Positions 10,470 through 19,953 of a stretch of DNA of 64,000 nucleotides are shown in pieces. Under the pieces are notes generated by a model, which searched no databases, was not told where the DNA came from, and saw only the letters and a list, made by a program, of their open reading frames with translations. Made by a program: the position numbers and the translations under genes. Position 1 is the stretch's first letter; each line of letters begins with the position of its first letter. Origin of the DNA: an uncultured Acidobacteriota bacterium (GTDB lineage Bacteria > Acidobacteriota > Blastocatellia > RBC074); the NCBI GenBank assembly GCA_963796275.1, contig CAWCKY010000002.1, positions 256,001-320,000 on the forward strand. The letters are read 5' to 3'.

Positions 10470-10940
10470 CGCCGCGTGCTGTTTCTAATCTCCAAAACCG
10501 GCGCCAGGCTTTTTACGGGCCAAAAACGATCCGCCGAACCAGGCCAGGAGCAAGGCCGCAGGCACTGCCGCCAGAAACCGCGGCGCAAGCCGGCCAGATC
10601 TTGTGAGACAGCTGCGTGACGCTGGCTGAATACACCATATAGCTTTTGTTTTCCCGTGTAAACGTCACGCGTGGCGACTCGCAATTCTTCTCGACAGATA
10701 AACAGCTTCTTCACCTTCAGCCGAGATATCGACCGCGAAAGACCGCTCACGCAACTCTTTCGCCAGCACGCGCGCCGCATCAAGTTCGTCTTCAGCCAGC
10801 AAAACACGCATTCTCAGGCCCTAACATCAGAGTCCATCGTTAACCTGGCTACCTCAGAGACAATTTCAGAGTAGCCTGTTCAGCTTCCATTATACTATGC
10901 GTCAGATAAATACAGGATAAACCGATGATCTGCCTGCTAC
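10470..10940 (-). pseudogene. Degenerate, internally deleted duplicate of the response regulator/kinase pair and its upstream region
   Basis: About 10500-10690 matches about 4593-4790 (kinase), and about 10690-10940 matches about 5755-5995 (regulator 5' end plus upstream DNA). Confidence 0.88.
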
Positions 10941-11239
10941 TAGTGCTTTGTCGTGACCCGGCTCTGACATCGACTCCTACAGCCAGACCGGAAAGCCTCC
11001 ACGCTACATTATTTTAGGGCGCCCATGCCAGCCACATCCGCGCCGTACTTTCAACCCTCGCACTTACTGGGGGAATATGAACTAGTTAATACACTTCTAT
11101 TTGCCACCGGACGCTTATTTCAGTAAGCTTACACATAATAGTAATGTCGGATGGGACTATCACACTTGACTTCGCTCTGATCAAAAAATTCAAAATCTTT
11201 TTTCAAATGTCAAATTTGAGATCATGAGAGGTGTCACCA

Positions 11240-12640
11240 ATGAAACGTGTTTTAGTCTTCGTGTTTTTGCTCTCGAGTCTGGCTTCTACTGTGTCGTCGC
11301 ATGGCTCGCCTGATGTGAGTCTGACCTGGATTGGACAATCCGGGTTTCTAGTAGAGACTGAAAGAGGACCTAAGGTCATTTCGGATCCTCCCAGCAACAA
11401 TCTTGGCTTTCTCTTTCCGACAACCCCCGCTGATGTTGTGACTGTCAGCCATACCCATGGCGATCACACCAACATTGCCGCGGTTCAGGGCGATCCGGCC
11501 CTGGTTGACGGACGCAACGTGGCTGAGCGACAGGAGGTCCTAGCAGCAGGCATGGCCTTCGTCGTGGTTCCCGGTTTTCATGACATCAATGGGGCCACGC
11601 GCAACTCGATCGTGACCTGGACGCAGGGCGGCATTCGCTTCGCGCAATTTGGCGATTACGGTCAAGCGACATTAACCGAAGCCCAGTTGAACGATCTGCG
11701 CGATGTCGATGTCGCTTTTATCGCGGTCAGCACTCCTACCACGCCTCCGGCACGGATGAAAGACCTCATCGATCAGTTGCGGCCGCGAGTCGCTATTCTC
11801 AGTCATTTTCGTGGGCCATTGGGCGGAGCCTCTGTGACACTGCCCTTCCCTAATATCATCGCTCCATTCACCGATCTGGTCTACAAACCGACCAACGTCA
11901 CGTTGAACCGGGACCGGTTGCCCAAGACACCTGAGGTCTGGGTTATGGAACCGATCGCCAATACCAATACGGTCAATTCCGCGAGTCAAAACCGAGGTAT
12001 TCCGGTTGCGCCGGGATCGCTGGCAAATCTCTCGGGAGATTTTACGAACGCGTCGACAGCGATAGCCAGGTCATCCCCGCTGCCAACGACGCTGGGTAAC
12101 GTGGAAGTCACAGTTGGTGGACAGGCCGTCCCGCTTTTATATGTTTCGCCAACCCGGATCAATTTTCAGGTCCCGAGTCAATTGGAAACACCGGGGCAGG
12201 CTTTAGCAGAAGTCAGAGTCGACGGAACAACGGTAGGGCGTGCGCAGGTCACAACTTTGCCAGGCGCTCCCGGCCTCTTCACCGTGACCAATCGATACTA
12301 CCTGCCTATTTCACGCCATTTGCCGGTACAGCGCGGCGATTCGATAACTATTTGGGCGACGGGGCACGGCGAACTTTCTGAGTTAATTGCAGACGGACAA
12401 CCTGCCCCTTTTAACGAATCGATAACCACCAAAGAGGAACCGAGGGTGACCATCGGCGGGGTCGATGCGGATGTATCGTTCAGCGGTTTGGCACCTGGGT
12501 TGGTTGGGGTCTGGCAGATCAAGGCCGTGGTCCCGGCCAATGCTCCTGCCGGCAACGAGGTGCCAGTGGTAGTTACGCAAGGGTTGATCAGTAATACATT
12601 GCCGATCGCGATTAGAGTCAAACGCAGGGGCAGGGATTAA
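11240..12640 (+). CDS. Secreted MBL-fold metallo-hydrolase fused to a TIGR03437-like (Solibacter-type) C-terminal domain
   Basis: Signal peptide; WIGQSGF and VSHTHGDH (HxHxDH); C-terminal VNSAS..VAPGS, PLLYVSPTRINFQVP, FSGLAPGLVGVWQI. Confidence 0.8.
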   Translation: MKRVLVFVFLLSSLASTVSSHGSPDVSLTWIGQSGFLVETERGPKVISDPPSNNLGFLFPTTPADVVTVSHTHGDHTNIAAVQGDPALVDGRNVAERQEVLAAGMAFVVVPGFHDINGATRNSIVTWTQGGIRFAQFGDYGQATLTEAQLNDLRDVDVAFIAVSTPTTPPARMKDLIDQLRPRVAILSHFRGPLGGASVTLPFPNIIAPFTDLVYKPTNVTLNRDRLPKTPEVWVMEPIANTNTVNSASQNRGIPVAPGSLANLSGDFTNASTAIARSSPLPTTLGNVEVTVGGQAVPLLYVSPTRINFQVPSQLETPGQALAEVRVDGTTVGRAQVTTLPGAPGLFTVTNRYYLPISRHLPVQRGDSITIWATGHGELSELIADGQPAPFNESITTKEEPRVTIGGVDADVSFSGLAPGLVGVWQIKAVVPANAPAGNEVPVVVTQGLISNTLPIAIRVKRRGRD

Positions 12641-12956
12641 TCCAAACAAGTTGCTTTCTAAACCGGTCTGATAATTTCGAACTTGTCGAGCGTCGGCGCG
12701 TAAAATCGCCACCAGATGATCACGCTTCGATCTGTCCTTGGTCGAATCGAAGAGGCGTGTATCTGCCTAACCATTACGCGGCAGAGGTTCCGCACGCTCG
12801 CCGATGTGATCGGGAAAGTCGCCGGTGACATGCAAGAAGCTCGGATCGCCAACGCTAGTGAGAAGTCGCTGGATGTTGACGCTGAGCGGACGACTGTAAT
12901 CGGCGACGACGAGCATAACCCCGACTATCAGGTGAAATGAGCAGGTGCTGTTAGAG

Positions 12957-14195
12957 ATGATAAGAACTCTTCTGATCTTGTTGGTACTGATGATTACGGC
13001 CGCCACCGATTCGACTCCGGCCAGGTCTTGGCCGGGATTTCGCGGCAAGGGCGACAGCCATACTTCAGATAAACGATTGCCGCTTGAATGGGCTGATGAC
13101 AAGAACGTCGCATGGAATACTTCCTTGCCCGGATACGGGCAGTCAAGCCCGGTCATCTGGCAGGACCGGGTCTTCTTGACCGCCACCGATGGAGAGAACA
13201 AAGAGAAATTGATAGCTGTCTGTCACAACCGTAAGACGGGAATCCGCCTTTGGCTGAAAGAATTTCCGGCATCTTTCATAATGAAAGATGCAAAAACGGT
13301 GAGCAAGGCCGCTCCGACGCCGATTGTAGACGAACGGCGCGTCTACTTCTTCTTTGAGAGCGGGGACCTGCTCGCTCTTGATCATAATGGAAAATTGCTA
13401 TGGCAGCGCAAGCTTTCGGAAGAGTACGGCGGTTACAAAACCAATCACGGACTGGGCAGTTCGGTCGCGCAGACCGTCAAGGCAGTCATCGTGCTGGTCG
13501 CGCATTCCGGGCTTTCTTATCTGCTCGCCGTCGACAAACAGACGGGCCGTAATCTGTGGAAGACCGATCTCAAAGAGGGCGGCGGTTGGAGCACTCCGCT
13601 TGTCGCAAACATCAACGGTCATCAACAAATCATCGTAAGTATCAGCGGCGCGGTGAAGACATATGACGCTGATCAAGGCCAGGTCATTTGGTCGGTCAAC
13701 GGACTTAAGGGAAACAACATTCCCTCGCCCACGCTCGCGCTCGAGCAAAACTTCGTTATTGCCGGTTCGAGCGATAAGGGGATGAATGTCGCCATCAAGC
13801 TCGGCGGAGATGGCGACGTCACAGCCACACACATCGCCTGGCGCGCTCAGGAAGCGACCGCCTACTTTGCATCGCCGCTCGTTCATCAAGGTCTCGCCTA
13901 CTTCGTCAATAAAATCGGAGTCGCGTTTTGTCTGGATTTAAGGACGGGCGAGGAACGATGGCGCGAGCGGTTGGGCGGCGAAGTGTGGGCCTCGCCATTG
14001 GCTGCCGGAGACCGCATCTATTTTTTTGGCGTGGACGGTAAGACGCACGTGCTGCGCGCGGGCGCGAAGTTCGAACAACTCGCCGTCAATACGCTCACGG
14101 AGGTCGAGCGAGTATACGGCGTAGCCGCTATGGATGGCGCGCTGTTCCTGCGGTCAGGACGCAAACTGATTAAACTCAGACAAATGAAGGGATAA
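12957..14195 (+). CDS. PQQ-binding-like beta-propeller repeat protein (BamB-like)
   Basis: WPGFRG, LPGYGQSSPVIW and repeated AxDxxTG..W blades; signal peptide. Confidence 0.85.
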   Translation: MIRTLLILLVLMITAATDSTPARSWPGFRGKGDSHTSDKRLPLEWADDKNVAWNTSLPGYGQSSPVIWQDRVFLTATDGENKEKLIAVCHNRKTGIRLWLKEFPASFIMKDAKTVSKAAPTPIVDERRVYFFFESGDLLALDHNGKLLWQRKLSEEYGGYKTNHGLGSSVAQTVKAVIVLVAHSGLSYLLAVDKQTGRNLWKTDLKEGGGWSTPLVANINGHQQIIVSISGAVKTYDADQGQVIWSVNGLKGNNIPSPTLALEQNFVIAGSSDKGMNVAIKLGGDGDVTATHIAWRAQEATAYFASPLVHQGLAYFVNKIGVAFCLDLRTGEERWRERLGGEVWASPLAAGDRIYFFGVDGKTHVLRAGAKFEQLAVNTLTEVERVYGVAAMDGALFLRSGRKLIKLRQMKG

Positions 14196-14275
14196 TTGTT
14201 ATGAAAAACATCAGTTTGAATTCTATGTTTCAACCGTAAATTGGTCACTCGCAGAAAATAAAATTACAAGCGAGC

Positions 14276-14510
14276 ATGAAACCGTTACTGCTCACTGTCA
14301 CATTATCGCTGATCTCTATATCGGCTATCTCTGCGATGAAGGTCTCTCCTCTTACGCCCGTAGCTCCAACGCCATCGCCCGGCAAACGATCATCGGAGAC
14401 AAACGCATCCTGCGCTTTCCCACAGTCAAACCGCCAAACTGAAGTTCAATATCGAAGCATCCAAGGCCTGCCCGACCATCACGAATATCGAAATCTACAA
14501 CTCGCCATCG
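14276..14510 (+). pseudogene. Remnant: signal peptide joined to the C-terminal end of a probable alpha-L-fucosidase F5/8-type domain
   Basis: MKPLLLTVTLSLISISAISA, then in other frames TIIGDKRILRFPTVK and KFNIEASKACPTITNIEIY. Confidence 0.45.
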
Positions 14511-14890
14511 CCATGAACCATGCGCATGGATTGAGCTTCTCAAGAAGCGGCCGACGACCGCAACGGCTATCGGTGAGCGGAGCGAGCTTCGAAATCAAGA
14601 AAAGCGGAAGGCCCGGCTCCGGTCGGCGGAGCGACCAGGAACTCCAGAGACTCGAACTCTCTCGCCATGGCCTTGAATTTTGCGGTTGCATCCGGCAAAC
14701 TGCGAATCCGTAACACAAATTCACATTTCGTGTGAACATCGTCAGACCCGTGTGGATGCCCGCTCGGCCGCACTTTGGACAACGAAGATTTCCAGACTAC
14801 AAACTTCCAGTAATCAAACGGGCGGATAATTTATGTTCCTACAAGAATCTATACAAACCGAATGTCCGAAATAACACCCAGGAGGATTCG

Positions 14891-17245
14891 ATGAAGCCCG
14901 TTTTCATCCTGTTATTGGCCATCCTATTACAGATATGCCCGCAAATAGCGGCGCAGACGCAACGCACTCTTTCCGGTGAGATCATTACCGGCAGAAATGA
15001 AGCGGTCGCCGGAGCAACGATAACCGTTCGATCCTCCGCCGGTGAGCTTTCCGCAACGAGCGATAGCGAGGGCAATTTCACACTGATCGTTCCCGCCGAA
15101 GCGCTGATAGTGAAGATCACCGGGAAAAACATCCTCGCATATGAACGCACGATCGACGCGCGTGAATTGAATGGACAACTGCGTTTTGCGGTTCGCTACC
15201 GCGTCCCTCCGATTCATGACAGCCTGGTGATCTCCGCGTCACAACTTGATCCGGTGATCGATCGTCGCAATGAGGCCATCTACCGCGACACCCTCTTTTC
15301 TCGCGACGATCAGGTTTTCCACACACTTGATGCGGGCATCAATGCGGGGCAGCACGAGGGCGGCGGCAAATCCCTCGAAATTCGCCGCTTTGGATTCAAC
15401 CTCGATCACGGGGGCGTCAACGGCGGGCTGAAGGTCCTGGTTGACAATGTGCAGCAAAATCAGGGCACGCAGGGGCACGGGCAAGGCTATCTCGGCCAGT
15501 TGAAATCGCTCACTCCCGAACTCGTCCAGGAAGTGAACATCCTCAATGGGCCGTTCAGCGCGGAGTATGGCGATTTTTCAGGGCTTGGCGTCGTTCACAT
15601 CCGGTTGAAGGAATCATTGCCGGATTATGTCACTGCGCGTTTCCAGGGCGGGTCGTTCGAAACGTTTCGTACGTTTCTGGCCTACAGCCCCGAGCTTGAG
15701 CATGGCGATGCGCTGGTTGCTTACGAAGGTTCGCGGACCGATGGGCCGTTCGAGAATCCGCTCGACTACAAGCGCGATAACATCACCGGCAATTACATAC
15801 GCCGGCTGAACGAAAATCGGCAGCTCGGTTTCAAGTTCAACTTGGGACGCAACGACTTCTTCTCCTCGGGACAGATTCCGCTCGACGAAGTCTTCGAGGG
15901 TCGGCTGGATCGCTTCGGGTTCATCGATCCTCAAAACGGCGGGCGCGCGCGGACCGGTGTATTAAGCGCATATTACCGGCAGAACCTGGCCGACGGGAGC
16001 GTCTTCAAGATCGACGGTTTTCTGGGACGCTCGATCTTCGATCTGTGGTCGAACTTCACTTTCTTTCTGATCGATGAAACGTTCGGCGATGAAATCCAGC
16101 AGCATGATTCGCGCCTGCAGGAAGGCGTAAACACGCAATACCTGAAGCCCCACACCATCGCGGGCCAGCGGGCGATGCTCAATATGGGCGCGAACTACTA
16201 CGACAATCAGATCAACGTCGGCCTCTTCCCTTCTATCGCCCGGGCGCCGAGCCGCAAATTCATCTCGCCGGAGAATCTGGCCCACCCGGACGTTCTGCTC
16301 ACCAGCGCGCGGGCACGCGTGGCAAATGTGGCGGGTTACGTTCAGCAAGGAGTGGACCTGTTCAGCGGCCGACTTCACCTCGAAGGCGGGATTCGCTACG
16401 ATTATTTCCATTTCAAGGTCGCTGACCGCATCGATCCGGCGACATCGGGCGCTCAAGGAGGCGCGCGTGCGCAGCCGAAGTTCAATCTGGCCCTGACGCC
16501 TAGCGGGCGCGTTCCGATGACGTTCTATTTAAACTACGGTCGCGGCATCTCCAGCCAGGATGCGCGGGGCGTCGTGCAACGACCCGATAGGCCGAATATC
16601 TCGACGACGGACTTCTATCAGGTCGGGATCTCGCAGAACTTCGATCGAATGAGCATGAGCGCTGATCTATTCCTGATCGATCGCTCAAACGAACAGGTTT
16701 ACATTCCCGATGACGGCAGTTTTGAATTCAAAGGGCCGAGCCGAGCCTACGGTTTCGAAGTGAAGAGCGCGATGAGGGTGACGCGATTCTTGAGCTTCAA
16801 CGCGGGCGTAACGAGAGTCGCTAATGCCTTCTACCGCGACTACTTCTTTGAGGAGGACGATCCCGCGCCGGGGAAGAGAAAGTACATCGACAGCGCCCCC
16901 CATATCGTCTCCAACGCAGGTTTAACAATCTCCGGGTGGCGAGGCTTCAGCGGGTCGCTACGCTGGCGTCATACCAGCAACTATCGCCTCGATCCGGTCG
17001 ATCCCGCAATTCGCGCCTCGGGGCTGGACGTGCTCGACCTGAGTATTGTCAAGCAACTTCGTCATTGGATCGAGCTCAACTTCTCGATCGACAATCTGAC
17101 AGACAAACGCTACTTCGAGACGCAGAACTATTTTGAATCGAGGATCAGGCCAGGCGACCCGATCATTTCGCGGATTCACGCCACACCAGGTTATCCGATC
17201 ACGTTGACTGGAGGAGTGACGTTTCGCTTTTCGAGGAAGGGCTAG
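14891..17245 (+). CDS. TonB-dependent receptor, probably for nickel/cobalt
   Basis: GGAGG RBS at 14881, signal peptide, carboxypeptidase-regulatory-like N-domain, plug (HGQGY, GPFSAEYGDFS), barrel end (NLTDKRY...GVTFRF); upstream of nikR. Confidence 0.88.
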   Translation: MKPVFILLLAILLQICPQIAAQTQRTLSGEIITGRNEAVAGATITVRSSAGELSATSDSEGNFTLIVPAEALIVKITGKNILAYERTIDARELNGQLRFAVRYRVPPIHDSLVISASQLDPVIDRRNEAIYRDTLFSRDDQVFHTLDAGINAGQHEGGGKSLEIRRFGFNLDHGGVNGGLKVLVDNVQQNQGTQGHGQGYLGQLKSLTPELVQEVNILNGPFSAEYGDFSGLGVVHIRLKESLPDYVTARFQGGSFETFRTFLAYSPELEHGDALVAYEGSRTDGPFENPLDYKRDNITGNYIRRLNENRQLGFKFNLGRNDFFSSGQIPLDEVFEGRLDRFGFIDPQNGGRARTGVLSAYYRQNLADGSVFKIDGFLGRSIFDLWSNFTFFLIDETFGDEIQQHDSRLQEGVNTQYLKPHTIAGQRAMLNMGANYYDNQINVGLFPSIARAPSRKFISPENLAHPDVLLTSARARVANVAGYVQQGVDLFSGRLHLEGGIRYDYFHFKVADRIDPATSGAQGGARAQPKFNLALTPSGRVPMTFYLNYGRGISSQDARGVVQRPDRPNISTTDFYQVGISQNFDRMSMSADLFLIDRSNEQVYIPDDGSFEFKGPSRAYGFEVKSAMRVTRFLSFNAGVTRVANAFYRDYFFEEDDPAPGKRKYIDSAPHIVSNAGLTISGWRGFSGSLRWRHTSNYRLDPVDPAIRASGLDVLDLSIVKQLRHWIELNFSIDNLTDKRYFETQNYFESRIRPGDPIISRIHATPGYPITLTGGVTFRFSRKG

Positions 17246-17499
17246 GTGAAGAATGTGAATACGATGCGCTGTAACTTCGGATCAGCGAGCGTTCTATCCT
17301 CTCTGGCTCGGAAGGCTCCCGGATACGCAATGAGCCATCTAAACGAACGCCCCCCTTCGCCGACGACGGTGACGCGGGCCGCACTTATATCGATTCTAAC
17401 AATACCGCAATCTATTGCCCGAGGTGCTTCCCAAACACGCTCAGGCAAACCTATACTGGGTAGATCGTTATTTCGATTGCTACTGACAAGGAGAAATCG

Positions 17500-17973
17500 A
17501 TGGGTGATCTGGTTCGCTTCGGCGTGAGCGCCGAGGAAGAGTTGATGACCAATTTCGACCGGCTATCAACGGACAAAGGCTACAGCAACCGTTCCGAGGC
17601 GTTGCGAGATCTGATGCGCGACGCGCTGGTACAAGAGCGCCTGGAGAAATTCCCCGATACTGTCAACGTGCTGGGCAGTTTGACGCTGGTTTATGACCAT
17701 CATGCGCGCGAGCTTTCCGAGCGAATGAATGAGATACAGCACGAGCGGCATGCGATGGTGGTTTCAGTTCTGCATGTCCACATCAGTCACGACGATTGTA
17801 TGGAAGTGATCGCATTGCGCGGCAGGGCGCGTGACATCCGCGAACTCGCCAACGCGCTGCTCAGTCTGAAAGGCGTCAAACATGGGAAACTCTTTCTGAC
17901 GCTCCCCACGCGGGAAATCGTCGGAAGGAAAGCTCCACATTCACAAGCGCATCGGAAAAACAAACCGGCATGA
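17500..17973 (+). CDS. nikR: Nickel-responsive regulator NikR
   Basis: RHH domain (RFGVS, GYSNRSEALRDL) and Ni site (YDHH, HVHISHDDCMEV). Confidence 0.95.
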   Translation: MGDLVRFGVSAEEELMTNFDRLSTDKGYSNRSEALRDLMRDALVQERLEKFPDTVNVLGSLTLVYDHHARELSERMNEIQHERHAMVVSVLHVHISHDDCMEVIALRGRARDIRELANALLSLKGVKHGKLFLTLPTREIVGRKAPHSQAHRKNKPA

Positions 17974-18156
17974 CGGCATGAAACACTTCTCCCCGAGACG
18001 TCACGCTTCCTATCGCCGAAAAAGAAGGCCTGGATCAGCGACGTTTCACACCGAGTACAGTCAACCTGCCCCCACGTCAGCGGTCATGATCGCCTGCGAT
18101 GGCCGCATCCTAAAGAACGGCCGCCGCGGCGAATTTTCACAAGTTTCAGCTTGATC

Positions 18157-19722
18157 TCAACCTTCACAGCCACTTAGAGTCTCGCCTAAAGGACGCCATC
18201 TGTGACCGTTTCGCGCAACCAATTCACGAGCTGCCGCTGGCCCCTCGCTTCCAGCCGCATAGTTAGGAAATTCCGGAGGATTCTGTTCAGCCCACGCCTC
18301 TCCGATTGGGGTGATCAATCTCCACTGAGCTTCTACCTCATCATGCCGAATAAAAAGTGTTGCGTCGCCCTGCATCAAGTCAAGCAGGAGGGTTTCGTAG
18401 GCGGAAGGCAAGCGCACGCCAAATGCAGTCTGGTAACAGAAATCCATGTGCACGGACGCTGTGTACATCTCTGCCCCGGGACGCTTGGCTGCGAAGGTGA
18501 CGATAATTCCTTCATTGGGGTGAATGCGTATGACGATCACATTCGGTTCGATCATGTCTTCTGGCGCGCGAGCGAACAGCGCCTGCGGCGTTCGCTTGAG
18601 ATGGACGGCTATCTCTGTAATTGAGTGCGCCAGCCGTTTGCCTGTGCGGGCATAAAATGGCACGCCTCCCCATCGCCAATTCTCGACTCGAAACTCGACA
18701 GCCGCGTAAGTCTCAATTAGCGAATTGCTCGCCACACCTTTTTCATCCCTGTAGGCCGGCACGCTCTCGCCATCGATCTCTCCTCCGCCGTACTGCCCAC
18801 GCACTGTACGCACTGCCACCTCTCCGGGTGTCATCGGATGAATCGAGCGTAAGACCTGTACCTTACTATCACGCACCGAATCGGCATCGAACGTAACTGG
18901 CGGCTCCATCGCTGTGAGCGCCAGAAGCTGTAAGAGATGATTTGCCATCATATCGCGCCGGGCACCAGCCTCTTCGTAATAAGATCCGCGCTGGCCTACG
19001 CCCAGCGTTTCACCCGCAGTAATTTCGACGAAATCGATATAGTTGCGATTCCAGACGGGCTCAAAAAGGGAGTTGCCAAAACGAAATACGAGGATGTTCT
19101 GTACCGTCTCTTTGCCGAGGTAGTGGTCTATGCGATAGACCTGATGCTCGTCGAAGACACGTGCGATGGCTGCATTAAGAGAGCGCGCAGAGTCGAGGTC
19201 GCGTCCGAAAGGTTTTTCGATCACGATGCGGGACCAGCCTTTTTGTTCGGACGCAAGCCCTGCCGCGCCGAGCCCATTCACGAGGACAGAGGCGATCGAT
19301 GGTGGCGTTGCGCAATAGAATAGGTGGTTAGCGCTTGCGCCTTCTCGCATAGTCATCTGTTCGAGACGCGCGGCCAGAGAGCGATACGTCTCGGCATCTG
19401 TAAAATCGCCAGACATGTAATGCAGTCGCGTCGCAAATTCCCCCCACTGTACATCGCTGATTTCGCCCATATCCGCCGACCCAGTCGCGCCGGCACGTAT
19501 CTCCTCGCAGAACTCATGATCGCTCATCTGCCTTCGTCCGATGCCCAGCACACTGAAATCGTCTGATAGATACCGCTCGCGCACCAGATGAAAGAGTGCT
19601 GGAACCAGCTTGCGTTTAGTCAGATCGCCGAATGCGCCGAGGATCACGATCGTACACGGATCAGCCTTCGGAAGCTTTGGTTTAGTTATCGGGAATGGAG
19701 TGGCCTCGACAATTACTGACAC
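18157..19722 (-). CDS. zwf: Glucose-6-phosphate 1-dehydrogenase
   Basis: GAFGDLTKRKL, IEKPFG, RIDHYLGKETVQN, WGGVPFYARTGK. Confidence 0.95.
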   Translation of the reverse strand: MSVIVEATPFPITKPKLPKADPCTIVILGAFGDLTKRKLVPALFHLVRERYLSDDFSVLGIGRRQMSDHEFCEEIRAGATGSADMGEISDVQWGEFATRLHYMSGDFTDAETYRSLAARLEQMTMREGASANHLFYCATPPSIASVLVNGLGAAGLASEQKGWSRIVIEKPFGRDLDSARSLNAAIARVFDEHQVYRIDHYLGKETVQNILVFRFGNSLFEPVWNRNYIDFVEITAGETLGVGQRGSYYEEAGARRDMMANHLLQLLALTAMEPPVTFDADSVRDSKVQVLRSIHPMTPGEVAVRTVRGQYGGGEIDGESVPAYRDEKGVASNSLIETYAAVEFRVENWRWGGVPFYARTGKRLAHSITEIAVHLKRTPQALFARAPEDMIEPNVIVIRIHPNEGIIVTFAAKRPGAEMYTASVHMDFCYQTAFGVRLPSAYETLLLDLMQGDATLFIRHDEVEAQWRLITPIGEAWAEQNPPEFPNYAAGSEGPAAARELVARNGHRWRPLGETLSGCEG

Positions 19723-19953
19723 GCCATTAACCTTTCAGGCTGACATTCAACCATACTCAATTGTGGGCAATTTAAATTTCAGTAAGCAAAGTAGGATATT
19801 TACGGCTGAAATACTATTGGGATGTTAGGAAACGATATCGGAATATAAGTAAGCCGTTTAGGAAGTTAGCGTATTCGTATGGGAATTAATCGACCATGCC
19901 TAGGAAATATGACTAGGCATTCAGGATATTTACGTCTTCCCTTTCGGCAACCT

